A DNA stretch of 64,000 nucleotides from Rubrivivax sp. SCN 71-131 (GTDB lineage: Bacteria > Pseudomonadota > Gammaproteobacteria > Burkholderiales > Burkholderiaceae_C). The translations under genes and the position numbers were made by a program. Of this stretch, positions 22,604 through 31,627 are shown piece by piece. The notes beneath the pieces are model-generated. The model was not told the DNA's origin. It saw only the letters and a program-made list of their open reading frames with translations, and did no database searches. The stretch is from assembly GCA_001724995.1 (NCBI GenBank), contig MEFD01000028.1, positions 3,620 to 67,619 of the forward strand. The letters run 5' to 3'. Within the stretch, counting starts at the first letter, position 1, and the number at the start of each line of letters is the position of its first letter.

Positions 22604-23380
22604 ATGAGCGAAGCACCGCTGCTGCTGCAGACCCGCGACGACCGCGGCGTCGTGACGCTGACCATGAACCGGCCGCAGGCCTTCAACGCCCTGTCGGAGG
22701 CCATGCTCGCGGCGCTGCAGGACCAGCTCGACGCGCTGGCCGGCGACGACGCCGTGCGCGCCATCGTCATCGCCGCCGCGGGGCGCGCCTTCTGCGCCGG
22801 CCACGACCTGCGCGAGATGCGCGCCGAGCCGTCGATGGACTACTACCGCGGCCTCTTCGGCCAGTGCGCGCGCATGATGCTGACGATGCAGCGCCTGCCG
22901 GTGCCGGTGATCGCGCGCGTGCACGGCATCGCCACCGCGGCGGGCTGCCAGCTGGTCGCGATGTGCGACCTGGCCGTGGCCGCCGCCGACTCGCGCTTTG
23001 CCGTCAGCGGCGTCAACCTCGGGCTCTTCTGCAGCGCGCCGAGCGTGGCGCTGTCGCGCAACCTCTCGCGCAAGCACGCCTTCGAGATGCTCGTCACCGG
23101 CGAATTCATCGGCGCCGAGGAGGCGCGCGCCAAGGGCCTCGTCAACCGCGTCGTGCCGCCGGAGCAGCTCGACGCCGAGATCGAGCGCCTCGTGGCCAGC
23201 ATCGTCGCCAAGCCGCGCGTGGCCATCGCCGCCGGCAAGGGGCTGTTCTATCGCCAGCTCGAGAAGGGCATCGCCGCCGCCTACGACGACGCCGGCGAGA
23301 CCATGGCCTGCAACATGATGGAGGCGGCTGCGCTCGAGGGCGTGCAGGCCTTCATCGACAAGCGTAAGCCGAACTGGTAG
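22604..23380 (+). CDS. enoyl-CoA hydratase/isomerase (crotonase) family protein
   Basis: 258 aa. Oxyanion-hole region AAAGRAFCAGHDL, and crotonase fold length. Confidence 0.9.
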   Translation: MSEAPLLLQTRDDRGVVTLTMNRPQAFNALSEAMLAALQDQLDALAGDDAVRAIVIAAAGRAFCAGHDLREMRAEPSMDYYRGLFGQCARMMLTMQRLPVPVIARVHGIATAAGCQLVAMCDLAVAAADSRFAVSGVNLGLFCSAPSVALSRNLSRKHAFEMLVTGEFIGAEEARAKGLVNRVVPPEQLDAEIERLVASIVAKPRVAIAAGKGLFYRQLEKGIAAAYDDAGETMACNMMEAAALEGVQAFIDKRKPNW

Positions 23381-23395
23381 GGCCTGGTCGGGCCT

Positions 23396-23424
23396 GGTCG
23401 CGCCGGCCGCGCGGCGGCGCGACC
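23396..23424. terminator. GC-rich hairpin between convergent genes (possible terminator)
   Basis: GGTCGCGCCG-9 nt-CGGCGCGACC, a 10-bp perfect stem with no clear U-tract. It is preceded by a direct 10-bp duplication of GGCCTGGTCG. Confidence 0.3.
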
Positions 23425-23477
23425 CTCACCCCGGCTCTCTTCCGCGGGGCGGGAGAGGGGGGGTGGCGCAGGCGCGC

Positions 23478-25151
23478 TCACATGCCCGCGTAGTTCGGGC
23501 CGCCGCCGCCCTCGGGGGCGATCCAGACGATGTTCTGCGTCGGGTCCTTGATGTCGCAGGTCTTGCAGTGCAGGCAGTTCTGCGCGTTGATGACCCCGCG
23601 GTCGCTGCCGTCCTCGTCCTTCACGAACTCGTAGACGCCTGCGGGACAGTAGCGCTCCTCGGGACCGGCGAACTGCGCGAGGTTGACGGCAACCGGCACC
23701 GAAGCGTCCTTCAGCGTCAGGTGCGCAGGCTGGTTCTCTTCGTGGTTGGTGTTGCTGATGAAGACCGAGCTCAGGCGGTCGAAGGTCAGCACGCCGTCGG
23801 GCCTGGGGTAGCGGATCGGCTCGACCTGGCTGGCCGCGTGCAGCCGCGCGTGGTCCGGCGTCTTGCGGTGCTTGGTCCAGGGCGGGTTGCGGATGCCGAG
23901 CCTGGGCAGCAGCCAGTGCTCGACGCCCGTCATCACCGCGCCCACGGTGTTGCCGTACTTGAACCACTGCTTGAAGTTGCGTGCCTGGTGCAGCTCGGCG
24001 TGCAGCCAGCTCTGCTCGAAGGCCTGCAGGTAGGCGGTGAGCACGTCGCCGCGGCGGCCGGCGGCGATGGCGGCGGCGGCGGCCTCGGCCGCGAGCATGC
24101 CGGTCTTGAGCGCGGCGTGGCTGCCCTTGATGCGCGAGGCGTTGAGCGTGCCGGCGTCGCAGCCGACCAGCACGCCGCCGGGAAAGATCATGCGCGGCAG
24201 GCTCAGCAGGCCGCCGGCGGTGATCGCGCGCGCGCCGTAGCCGATGCGCTTGCCGCCTTCGATGTGCGCGCGCACGGCCGGGTGCGTCTTCCAGCGCTGC
24301 ATTTCCTCGAAGGGGCTCAGCCAGGGGTTCTGGTAGTCCAGGCCGGTGACGAAGCCCAGCGTCACCTTGTTGCCTTCCTGGTGGTAGAGAAATCCGCCGC
24401 CGTAGGTGTTCTCGTCCATCGGCCAGCCGGCGGTGTGCACGACGAGGCCCGGGCGCGCCTTCTCGGGCGGCACTTCCCAGAGCTCCTTCACGCCCAGTGC
24501 GTAGCTCTGCGGATCGCGCCCCTCGTCGAGCCGGTAGCGCGCGATGAGCTGCTTGCCAAGGTGCCCGCGCGAGCCTTCGGCGAAGATCGTGTACCTGGCC
24601 GTCAGCTCCATGCCGAGCTGGAAGCTGTCGGTGGGCTGGCCGTCCTTGCCGATGCCCATGTTGCCGGTGGCCACGCCGCGCACGGCGCCCGAGACGTCGT
24701 AAAGCACCTCGGCGGCGGCAAAGCCGGGGAAGATCTCCACGCCCAGGCCCTCGGCCTGCTCGGCCAGCCACTTCGTCACCGCACCCAGGCTGATGACGTA
24801 GTTGCCGTGGTTGTGCAGGCAGCCGGGGATCAGCCAGTGCGGCGTGCGCTGCGCGTACCCGGCGCCGAGGAAGAGCACCTCGTCCTCCGTCACCGGCTGG
24901 TTCAGCGGCGCGCCGCGCTCCTTCCAGTCGGGGAAGAGCTCGGCGAGCGCGCGCGGATCCATCACCGCGCCGGAGAGGATGTGCGCGCCGGGCTCCGAGC
25001 CCTTCTCGAGCACGACCACCGAGAGCTCCGCATGGATCTGCTTGAGCCGGATCGCCGTCGCCAGGCCTGCGGGGCCGGCACCGACGACGACGACGTCGTA
25101 CTCCATCGCTTCGCGCGGGCCGTATTGGTCGAGGATCTCCTGCGGGGTCAT
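23478..25151 (-). CDS. electron-transferring-flavoprotein:ubiquinone oxidoreductase
   Basis: Start at MTPQEILDQYGPREAMEYDVVVVGAGPAGLATA (FAD fold). C-terminal 4Fe-4S region CPAGVYEF...NCLHCKTCDIKDP. Confidence 0.95.
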   Translation of the reverse strand: MTPQEILDQYGPREAMEYDVVVVGAGPAGLATAIRLKQIHAELSVVVLEKGSEPGAHILSGAVMDPRALAELFPDWKERGAPLNQPVTEDEVLFLGAGYAQRTPHWLIPGCLHNHGNYVISLGAVTKWLAEQAEGLGVEIFPGFAAAEVLYDVSGAVRGVATGNMGIGKDGQPTDSFQLGMELTARYTIFAEGSRGHLGKQLIARYRLDEGRDPQSYALGVKELWEVPPEKARPGLVVHTAGWPMDENTYGGGFLYHQEGNKVTLGFVTGLDYQNPWLSPFEEMQRWKTHPAVRAHIEGGKRIGYGARAITAGGLLSLPRMIFPGGVLVGCDAGTLNASRIKGSHAALKTGMLAAEAAAAAIAAGRRGDVLTAYLQAFEQSWLHAELHQARNFKQWFKYGNTVGAVMTGVEHWLLPRLGIRNPPWTKHRKTPDHARLHAASQVEPIRYPRPDGVLTFDRLSSVFISNTNHEENQPAHLTLKDASVPVAVNLAQFAGPEERYCPAGVYEFVKDEDGSDRGVINAQNCLHCKTCDIKDPTQNIVWIAPEGGGGPNYAGM

Positions 25152-25330
25152 GCGTGGGCTCTCTTCTTGTCGGTCATCGGCTGGCGGACCTTGCCGGGGG
25201 CCAGGCCGCGGGCATTCTAAGCTGCGGCGCACAAAAATCGAACGCTCGTTCGTTTCCGATCCGCGAGTCTTCCCGCCTGCGTGCTATCGTGCCCCGAACC
25301 TCGGCGTCAACCTTTGATCGGAGCCCAGCT

Positions 25331-26113
25331 TTGGCCTATCAGATCGACCTTTCCGGCCGCGTGGCGATGGTCACCGGCGCCTCCAGTGGACTGGGCGAGC
25401 AGTTCGCGCGCGCCCTCGCGCGCGCCGGAGCCGCGGTGGTGCTGGCGGCGCGGCGGCTGGAGCGCCTGAAGACGCTGCGCGCCGAGATCGAGGCCGCCGG
25501 CGGCGACGCCCACGTGGTGATGCTGGACGTGGCCGACCCGGCGAGCATCCGCGCCGCGGTGGCCCGCGCCGAGACCGAGATGGGCACGCTCGACATCCTG
25601 GTCAACAACTCGGGCGTGAGCACGACGCAGAAGCTGGTCGACGTGACGCCCGAGGACTACGACTTCCAGATGAACGTCAACACGCGCGGCGCCTTCTTCG
25701 TCGCGCAGGAGGTCGGCAAGCGCATGATCGCGCGCAGCCGCGGCGCGGCACCGGGCACCTTCATCGGCGGGCGCATCGTCAACGTGGCCTCGATGGCGGC
25801 GCTGCGGCCGCTGTCGCAGATCGGTGTCTACGCCATGAGCAAGGCCGCGGTGGTGCACATGACCAAGGCGATGGCGCTGGAGTGGGGGCGCTTCGGCATC
25901 AACGTCAACGCCCTGTGCCCGGGATACATCGACACCGAGATCAATCACCGCCACTGGCAGACCGAGGCCGGGCAGAAGCTCATCAACATGCTGCCGAGGA
26001 AGCGCGTGGGCAGGCCCGAGGACCTGGAATCGGCGCTGCTGATGCTCTGCGCCAACGAGAGCCACTTCGTCAACGGCGCGGTGATCGCCGCCGACGACGG
26101 CTTCGGCGTCTGA
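25331..26113 (+). CDS. SDR-family oxidoreductase
   Basis: TTG start 7 nt after GGAG. VTGASSGLG cofactor motif and catalytic YAMSKAAV. The ATG at 25366 would remove strand beta-1. Confidence 0.85.
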   Translation: MAYQIDLSGRVAMVTGASSGLGEQFARALARAGAAVVLAARRLERLKTLRAEIEAAGGDAHVVMLDVADPASIRAAVARAETEMGTLDILVNNSGVSTTQKLVDVTPEDYDFQMNVNTRGAFFVAQEVGKRMIARSRGAAPGTFIGGRIVNVASMAALRPLSQIGVYAMSKAAVVHMTKAMALEWGRFGINVNALCPGYIDTEINHRHWQTEAGQKLINMLPRKRVGRPEDLESALLMLCANESHFVNGAVIAADDGFGV

Positions 26114-26135
26114 GCCGGGGCACGGGCTGTCGGCG

Positions 26136-26804
26136 ATGCGCGATCTGACGCCGCTCGAAGCCCGCGTGCTGGCGGTGCTGGTCGAGAAGCAGGCCACCGT
26201 ACCCGATACCTACCCGCTGTCGCTGAACGCGCTGCTCGCCGGCTGCAACCAGAAGACCGCGCGCGACCCGGTGATGGAAGCGCGCGAGCCCGAGCTGACC
26301 GCGACGATCGACGAACTGAAGCTGCTTTCGCTGCTGGTCGAGGTCTCCGGCGCGCGCGTGCTGCGCTACGAGCACAACATGGGCCGCGTGCTCGCGCTGC
26401 CCTCGGCCGCCGTGGCGCTGCTGGCGGTGCTGATGCTGCGCGGGCCGCAGACCTCGGCCGAGCTGCGCCAGAACTGCGAGCGCCTGCACCGCTTTGCCGA
26501 CATCTCCTCGGTCGAAGGCTTTCTCGAGGAACTGGCTGCGAAGGCACCGCCGCGCGTGGTGCGGCTGGCCCGCGCCCCGGGCACGCGCGAGCCGCGCTGG
26601 GCGCACCTGCTCTGCGGCCCGGTCGACGACGCCGCGGCGTCGCTGGCGGCCACCGGCAGCCTTGACCAGGCGCGCGGCGACGAACCGAGCGTCGGCGAAC
26701 TGGCGGCACTGCGGGCCGAGCTGGCGCGCCAGGGCGCGGACCTGCAGCGCCTGCAAGGCCTCGTTGCGCGGCTGGCGCGCGAGCTCGGCCTCGAGATGGA
26801 CTGA
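26136..26804 (+). CDS. yceH: YceH/DUF480 family protein
   Basis: MRDLTPLEARVLAVLVEKQATVPDTYPLSLNALLAGCNQKTARDPVM is the conserved YceH N-terminus. Confidence 0.85.
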   Translation: MRDLTPLEARVLAVLVEKQATVPDTYPLSLNALLAGCNQKTARDPVMEAREPELTATIDELKLLSLLVEVSGARVLRYEHNMGRVLALPSAAVALLAVLMLRGPQTSAELRQNCERLHRFADISSVEGFLEELAAKAPPRVVRLARAPGTREPRWAHLLCGPVDDAAASLAATGSLDQARGDEPSVGELAALRAELARQGADLQRLQGLVARLARELGLEMD

Positions 26805-26839
26805 ACCCTCCTGAACCCTCCTTTCCGCCCCGGAACGAA

Positions 26840-27259
26840 ATGCGCTTCGAGATTCCCGAAGAGAAGAAGCTCGTGCACGAGCTCGTGATCCCCATCCGCT
26901 GGGGCGACATGGACGCGATGGGCCATGTCAACAACACCTTCTACTTCCGCTACTTCGAGATCGTGCGCCTGGACTGGCTGTTCCGCGTGCGGCCGGCCGA
27001 CGAGCCGCAGGACTGTGGCCCGGTGATCGTCAACGCCTACTGCAGCTTCCTGCGCCAGCTCGAGTATCCGGGCGCGATCGTCGCGCGCCAGTACACCGCC
27101 AGGGCCGGGCGCAGCAGCTTCGAGACCTACGTGACGCTGGAGCGCACCGATGCGCCGGGCGTGCGCTGCGCCGAAGGCGGCGCCAAGGCCGTCTGGCGCG
27201 ATCACCGCGCGCAGTCCTCGGTGCCGCTGCCGGCCTGGCTGCGCGCCCTCGTCGACTGA
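26840..27259 (+). CDS. acyl-CoA thioesterase, hotdog fold (4HBT/YbgC-like)
   Basis: 139 aa with IRWGDMDAMGHVNNTFYFRYFE motif. Confidence 0.85.
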   Translation: MRFEIPEEKKLVHELVIPIRWGDMDAMGHVNNTFYFRYFEIVRLDWLFRVRPADEPQDCGPVIVNAYCSFLRQLEYPGAIVARQYTARAGRSSFETYVTLERTDAPGVRCAEGGAKAVWRDHRAQSSVPLPAWLRALVD

Positions 27260-27271
27260 AGGCCGTCGTCT

Positions 27272-27841
27272 TCAGCCTCCGAGCAGCCGGTTCACGAGTT
27301 CGGCCGTGGTCGAGGCGCCGAGCTTGCGCATCAACCGCGCGCGATAGACGTCCACGGTGCGCGGGCTGATGGAGAGCTGGCGCCCGATGCGCTTGCTCGT
27401 CGCGCCCTCGACCAGCAGTGCGGCGATCTCGCGCTCGCGCGCGGTGAAATCGGCCTTGAGCACGCGCCGCGCCGAGAGATCCTCGAAGGTCCAGATTCCC
27501 GCGGCATGCGCCTCGCTCGGCTGCAGCGCGCGCCCCGAGACGCGGCACCAGAAAAGCTCGCCCGCGCGCCCGGCGCCCAGGCGCTTCATCACGCGCTCGT
27601 CGGCGTAGCGGCCGCGCTCGTCCAGACGCGCGGCGATGCGCTCGCCGGTGCGCTCGAACTCGTCGGCGGTGGGGTAGAGCACCTCGAAGGACTGGCCGAC
27701 GATCTGCTCGCGCTCGGCGCCGAAGATCGCCAGCAGTTCGCGATTGCAGTCGATCATCAGCCGGTTGCGCGAGAGCACGAGCCCCACCGGCGCCTGCTCG
27801 AAGGCGACGCGGTAGTCCAGGGGCAGGGCGTCGAGATCCAT
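27272..27841 (-). CDS. PAS-domain LuxR-family transcriptional regulator
   Basis: Start at MDLDALPLDYRVAFEQAPVGLV (PAS). C-terminal LuxR HTH: TAREREIAALLVEGATSKRIGRQLSISPRTVDVYRARLMRKLG. Confidence 0.88.
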   Translation of the reverse strand: MDLDALPLDYRVAFEQAPVGLVLSRNRLMIDCNRELLAIFGAEREQIVGQSFEVLYPTADEFERTGERIAARLDERGRYADERVMKRLGAGRAGELFWCRVSGRALQPSEAHAAGIWTFEDLSARRVLKADFTAREREIAALLVEGATSKRIGRQLSISPRTVDVYRARLMRKLGASTTAELVNRLLGG

Positions 27842-28025
27842 ACGGCGGGAATTCTCCACGAAGCGCGCGCCGCCAACGCGGCAGCGGCCGGCTGCTGCGT
27901 CGATCCACAACGCAATGCCGATGCCCACGCGCACGGACTTACTGAAATCTACTTAAGCCGAAAACCGCTGTGGCGGTAGTAGCCTCGCCCCTTCGATCCT
28001 TCGCACCTCCCGGAGACTCCTCCTC

Positions 28026-28736
28026 ATGAACAAGATCTACCCGAGCGCCGCGGCGGCGCTCTCGGGCATCGTCAAGGACGGCCAGATGATGGCCGTCGGC
28101 GGCTTCGGCCTGTGCGGCATCCCCGAGGCCTTGATCGGCGCGCTGCGCGACAGCGGTGTCAAGGGGCTGACCGTGGTCTCCAACAACGCCGGCGTCGACG
28201 GCTGGGGCCTGGGCCAGCTGCTCACGACGCGGCAGATCAGGAAGATGATCTCCAGCTACGTCGGCGAGAACAAGGAGTTCGAGCGCCAGTACCTGGCCGG
28301 CGAGCTCGAGCTCGAGTTCACGCCGCAGGGCACGCTGGCCGAGAAGCTGCGCGCCGGCGGCGCCGGCATCCCTGCGTTCTTCACCCGCACCGGCGTGGGC
28401 ACCGTCATCGCCGAAGGCAAGGAAACGCGCGAGTTCGACGGCAGCACCTACGTCATGGAGCGCTCGCTGGTGCCCGACGTGTCGCTGGGCAAGGCCTGGA
28501 AGGCCGACAAGAGCGGCAACCTCGTCTTCCGCCGCACTGCGCGCAACTTCAACCCGGCAGTGATCATGGCCGGCAAGATTGCCGTGGTCGAGGTCGAGGA
28601 GATCGTCGAGACCGGCAGTTTCGATCCGGATGCCGTCCACCTGCCCGGCATCTACGTGCACCGCCTCGTGCTCAACGCCAGGCCCGAGAAGCGCATCGAG
28701 AAGCGCACCACGAAGCAGAACCCGAAGGGAGCCTGA
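28026..28736 (+). CDS. scoA: 3-oxoacid CoA-transferase subunit A
   Basis: 236 aa CoA-transferase family I alpha subunit, followed by the beta subunit 1 nt later. Confidence 0.93.
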   Translation: MNKIYPSAAAALSGIVKDGQMMAVGGFGLCGIPEALIGALRDSGVKGLTVVSNNAGVDGWGLGQLLTTRQIRKMISSYVGENKEFERQYLAGELELEFTPQGTLAEKLRAGGAGIPAFFTRTGVGTVIAEGKETREFDGSTYVMERSLVPDVSLGKAWKADKSGNLVFRRTARNFNPAVIMAGKIAVVEVEEIVETGSFDPDAVHLPGIYVHRLVLNARPEKRIEKRTTKQNPKGA

Positions 28737-28737
28737 G

Positions 28738-29376
28738 ATGGCCTGGACGCATGACGAAATGGCCGCGCGCGCGGCCAAGGAACTGCAGGACGGCTTCTAC
28801 GTCAACCTCGGCATCGGACTGCCGACCATGGTGGCGAACTTCGTCGACCCGGCGATCGAGGTCTGGCTGCAGAGCGAGAACGGCATGCTCGGCATCGGCC
28901 CGTTCCCCGACGAGGGCGCGGTCGACGCCGACCTCATCAACGCCGGCAAGCAGACGGTGACGACGATCCCGGGAAGCAGCATCTTCGGCAGCCACGACAG
29001 TTTCGCGATGATCCGCGGCGGCAAGATCAACCTCTCGATCCTCGGCGCGATGCAGGTCAGCGCGAAGGGCGACCTCGCCAACTGGATGATCCCCGGCAAG
29101 ATGGTCAAGGGCATGGGCGGCGCGATGGACCTCGTCGGCGGCGTGAAGAACGTGGTCGTGCTGATGGAGCACGTGGCGCGCCGCAAGGACGGCGGCCACG
29201 ACCTGAAGATCCTGCCGCAATGCTCGCTGCCGCTGACCGGCGTCGGCGTCGTCGACCGCATCATCACCGACCTCTGCGTGCTCGACGTGACGCCTGAAGG
29301 CCTGAAGCTCGTCGAGCTGGCACCCGGCATCACGCGCGAGGAAGTGCAGGAGAAGACCGGCGCGCCGCTGCAGTAG
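28738..29376 (+). CDS. scoB: 3-oxoacid CoA-transferase subunit B
   Basis: Start at [16 protein letters not shown]. Catalytic-Glu motif LQSENGMLG. Confidence 0.93.
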   Translation: MAWTHDEMAARAAKELQDGFYVNLGIGLPTMVANFVDPAIEVWLQSENGMLGIGPFPDEGAVDADLINAGKQTVTTIPGSSIFGSHDSFAMIRGGKINLSILGAMQVSAKGDLANWMIPGKMVKGMGGAMDLVGGVKNVVVLMEHVARRKDGGHDLKILPQCSLPLTGVGVVDRIITDLCVLDVTPEGLKLVELAPGITREEVQEKTGAPLQ

Positions 29377-29438
29377 GCCCCCGCGCGCAACCGGCGCCTG
29401 GGGCTGTTGGGGACAGCGCAGGAGGTGCTGGAGGCAGA

Positions 29439-29607
29439 GGAGTCGAAGGAGGCGAAGGAGGCGAAGGAGGCGAAGGAGGCGAAGGAGGCGAAGGAGTCGA
29501 AGGAGTCGAAGGAGTCGAAGGAGTCGAAGGAGGCGAAGGAGGCGAAGGAGGCGAAGGAGGCGAAGGAGGCGAAGGAGGCGAAGGAGGCGAAGGAGGCGAA
29601 GGAGGCG
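29439..29607. repeat. 9-bp tandem repeat (VNTR), 18 full copies plus a partial one
   Basis: The unit is GGAG(G/T)CGAA. Block order is 1 T-variant, 5 G-variants, 4 T-variants, 8 G-variants. It is intergenic, between the scoB stop and the prophage left junction. Confidence 0.95.
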
Positions 29608-29630
29608 CTGCCTGTCGCAGCGCCATTCCT

Positions 29631-30023
29631 TCAATCTTTGTACTTGACATAAGACACAAACCCCGCGGGGTATGCGCCAGGGGTGTTTGCGTTCGCCTGC
29701 GAAATGTCGGGAGACAGTAGGGCGGCGGTTGCGGCGATTGCGAGCGTTGCGGGCACTTTGAGAAGTCTAGCGACGGCGTCGCGTTTCCGGCCGGGCGGCT
29801 CCTGCTCTGTGAGGCAGTGCGCGATGGCGTGGTGATAGTCGGGGCCGAGGATGTTCTCTAGTTCTCCGGCCATCGGCAACGGCATCGGATCGCCGCGCTT
29901 GACGCGGCTGAGCTGCGAAGGGTCGTAGCCCATCGCCTGCGCCAGCTTGTTTTGACCTCCGCATAATTCTGCGGCTTTGTCAATTAGGGTTTTCCACGTT
30001 TCCACAATGGACCTTTCATCCAT
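29631..30023 (-). CDS. phage repressor-like HTH protein (divergent from the replication module)
   Basis: 130 aa. GGQNKLAQAMGYDPSQLSRVKRG resembles a Cro/CI-type HTH, and there is a hydrophobic segment ATLAIAATAALL. The last 9 codons run through attL into host DNA. Confidence 0.55.
   Translation of the reverse strand: MDERSIVETWKTLIDKAAELCGGQNKLAQAMGYDPSQLSRVKRGDPMPLPMAGELENILGPDYHHAIAHCLTEQEPPGRKRDAVARLLKVPATLAIAATAALLSPDISQANANTPGAYPAGFVSYVKYKD
29642..29669. promoter_or_regulatory. prophage left junction (attL): dif-like XerD arm and centre joined to a non-dif inner arm
   Basis: ACTTGACATAA|GACACA|AACCCCGCGGG. The first 17 nt resemble the XerD arm plus centre of dif. It contains direct-repeat copy 29644-29658. 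Confidence 0.6.
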
Positions 30024-30034
30024 AGAGTTCGGCC

Positions 30035-30076
30035 CATCGTGGACGGTTAGTCCATGGGGACTGAGGGTCCACGATG
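30035..30076. promoter_or_regulatory. 42-bp palindrome in the divergent promoter region (candidate operator)
   Basis: CATCGTGGAC-GGTTAGTCCATGGGGACTGAGG-GTCCACGATG. The outer 10 bp are a perfect inverted repeat, and the inner AGTCC/GGACT also pair. It ends on the ATG of orf 30074. Confidence 0.5.
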
Positions 30077-30442
30077 AACGCGAATCTACCGCAAACCCTG
30101 GAAGGCGTCACGCTGGTCTATGAGCGGCTGTGCCGCGAGGGCGTGATCCGCGACGCGTCGCAGTACCGGCGCGGTGATTGGGTGCAGGTCCGGCTGCGTG
30201 GGGCGGTGCTCTGCGGGCAGGTGGTCGGCGAGCCGACGCGCGCGGTTGGTGGGGGCGGACAGTCGGCAACCCGTCTTCATGTCCGAACCGCCATCGGGGA
30301 CTATTGGGTTCGCACCTTCGATAGTCGGCCGTGCTCTCAGGCGGGTGACGGGGTGTGCGCGTGCGCGGACGCGGAGCGGGCGCGCACGCGCGGTGCCCGG
30401 CGCTTCGTGTCCCCCCTCGGTAACACGGGGGTAGCAGTATGA
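30074..30442 (+). CDS. hypothetical phage protein (first gene of the rightward operon)
   Basis: 122 aa. ATG start, and its stop overlaps the Rep start (ATGA). No recognisable motifs. Confidence 0.5.
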   Translation: MNANLPQTLEGVTLVYERLCREGVIRDASQYRRGDWVQVRLRGAVLCGQVVGEPTRAVGGGGQSATRLHVRTAIGDYWVRTFDSRPCSQAGDGVCACADAERARTRGARRFVSPLGNTGVAV

Positions 30443-31602
30443 GCCGGGGCAAGACAGTAGCGGCGCGTCCCGTCTCGGACGGTCGGCGTATCCGTTGGAC
30501 GCTGGAACAGGCGGTGCAGGCCGGTACTGATCGGGTCCGGGTCGATTGGTTGCGTTTCACGCTGCCGCTGTCGGCCGTGGTGGCGTCCGAGGATCGCAAA
30601 GTCATCGATGCATCGGTCCTCGGGGCCATGGATCGACGCGGCCGTGAGCTGCAGATCGCGATACAGGCGACCAGTGGAGCGGACGAGCCCATCGGCGCGC
30701 TGTACGTCGTGAGGCGTGGTGCGGCCCGTGTCTGCGAAATCCTCGATGCTTTCGAGCCTGGCGCGGTCGAGGATAAGGGAATGGATTTCTACCTTACCCG
30801 CGTGCCTCTGCGGGTCGGCGACGAAACGGTGGGCTATGTGCTCGCGGGCGGCAAGTCCAGTGATCAAGCCGCGACCGTTCATGTAAATCTGTTCGGTTCG
30901 GCCTGCCTGCACATTTCGCGTGCTCAATGGGCAGCGATAAGCGCCTGGATCGAACAGTCTGGCGGATGGGTGACGCGGTGCGATCTTGCCGTCGATGTCT
31001 TCGCTGGTGATGACATTACGGCATTGCCCGACCAGTACCGGGCCGGCGCATTCGACGTGCGCGGCCAGCGACCGAGTCAGCGCGAAGCCGGCTCTTGGAC
31101 ATCCGGCCATTCCCGTACCTTCTACGTCGGCCAGCGGCTGACGGGAAAGGAATTCCGGGGATACGAAAAGGGCGATCAGCTCCTCGGCCATGAAGCCGGC
31201 GACGAGTGGATCAGGTACGAAATCGAGTTTCGGAACAACGCCCGAATCATCGACCCCGAAATCCTGACCCGGCCCGCTGATTTCTTCGCGGGGGCTTATC
31301 CCTTCTGCGAATCCCTGCTTGAGCGTCTGGCGGTCGAGGCCGATGCCCAGCGCATTCCAGCCGGCCAGCGCGTGAAGGACAAAACGGCGGAAGCTGCCGT
31401 GCGTCGGGTGGCCGGATGGGTTCGTCGGGTGGCGGCGCCGTCACTGTGCGCCGTGCTGAGCTACGGCGGCGAGCTGATCGATTCGATCGTCGATAGCGAA
31501 TCCTGGCGGAAGGCGGCACGTCTGCGGGGATGGTCGCCTGCGGAGCTGCGCGCGGCATTCAATCAATCATTCGGCGCGATGGTTCCCGCGACGAGTCAAT
31601 GA
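30439..31602 (+). CDS. rolling-circle replication initiation protein (Rep_trans/RstA-like)
   Basis: 387 aa. DWLRFTLP..., ...VHVNLFGSACLHI..., WVTRCDLAVDVF and FYVGQRLTGKEFRGYEKG fit the filamentous-phage replication initiator family. Confidence 0.8.
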   Translation: MSRGKTVAARPVSDGRRIRWTLEQAVQAGTDRVRVDWLRFTLPLSAVVASEDRKVIDASVLGAMDRRGRELQIAIQATSGADEPIGALYVVRRGAARVCEILDAFEPGAVEDKGMDFYLTRVPLRVGDETVGYVLAGGKSSDQAATVHVNLFGSACLHISRAQWAAISAWIEQSGGWVTRCDLAVDVFAGDDITALPDQYRAGAFDVRGQRPSQREAGSWTSGHSRTFYVGQRLTGKEFRGYEKGDQLLGHEAGDEWIRYEIEFRNNARIIDPEILTRPADFFAGAYPFCESLLERLAVEADAQRIPAGQRVKDKTAEAAVRRVAGWVRRVAAPSLCAVLSYGGELIDSIVDSESWRKAARLRGWSPAELRAAFNQSFGAMVPATSQ

Positions 31603-31627
31603 ATACGGAACCGCAAAGGACTGAGAT

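Noticed and set aside
25239-25252. Palindrome CGAACG-CT-CGTTCG in the ETF-QO/SDR divergent region, sharing the 10-mer AACGCTCGTT with the smc/queF intergenic region (62098-62107)
   Set aside because: Two occurrences of a 10-mer in 64 kb, with no adjacent regulator gene, are not enough to claim a regulon. It may be an operator, but the sequence alone does not support this.
29439-29607. Possible CRISPR array (also considered for 14674-14808)
   Set aside because: The repeats are directly adjacent with no spacers, the units are only 9 or 15 bp, and no cas genes are in the window.
28672-29659. ORFs translating the 9-bp VNTR (KEAKEAK..., PSPPSPP..., LLRLLRLLR...)
   Set aside because: All three frames and both strands stay open simply because the 9-mer lacks stop codons. 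There are no credible starts or RBS, and the flanks are non-coding or belong to scoB, so I treat it as a non-coding VNTR.
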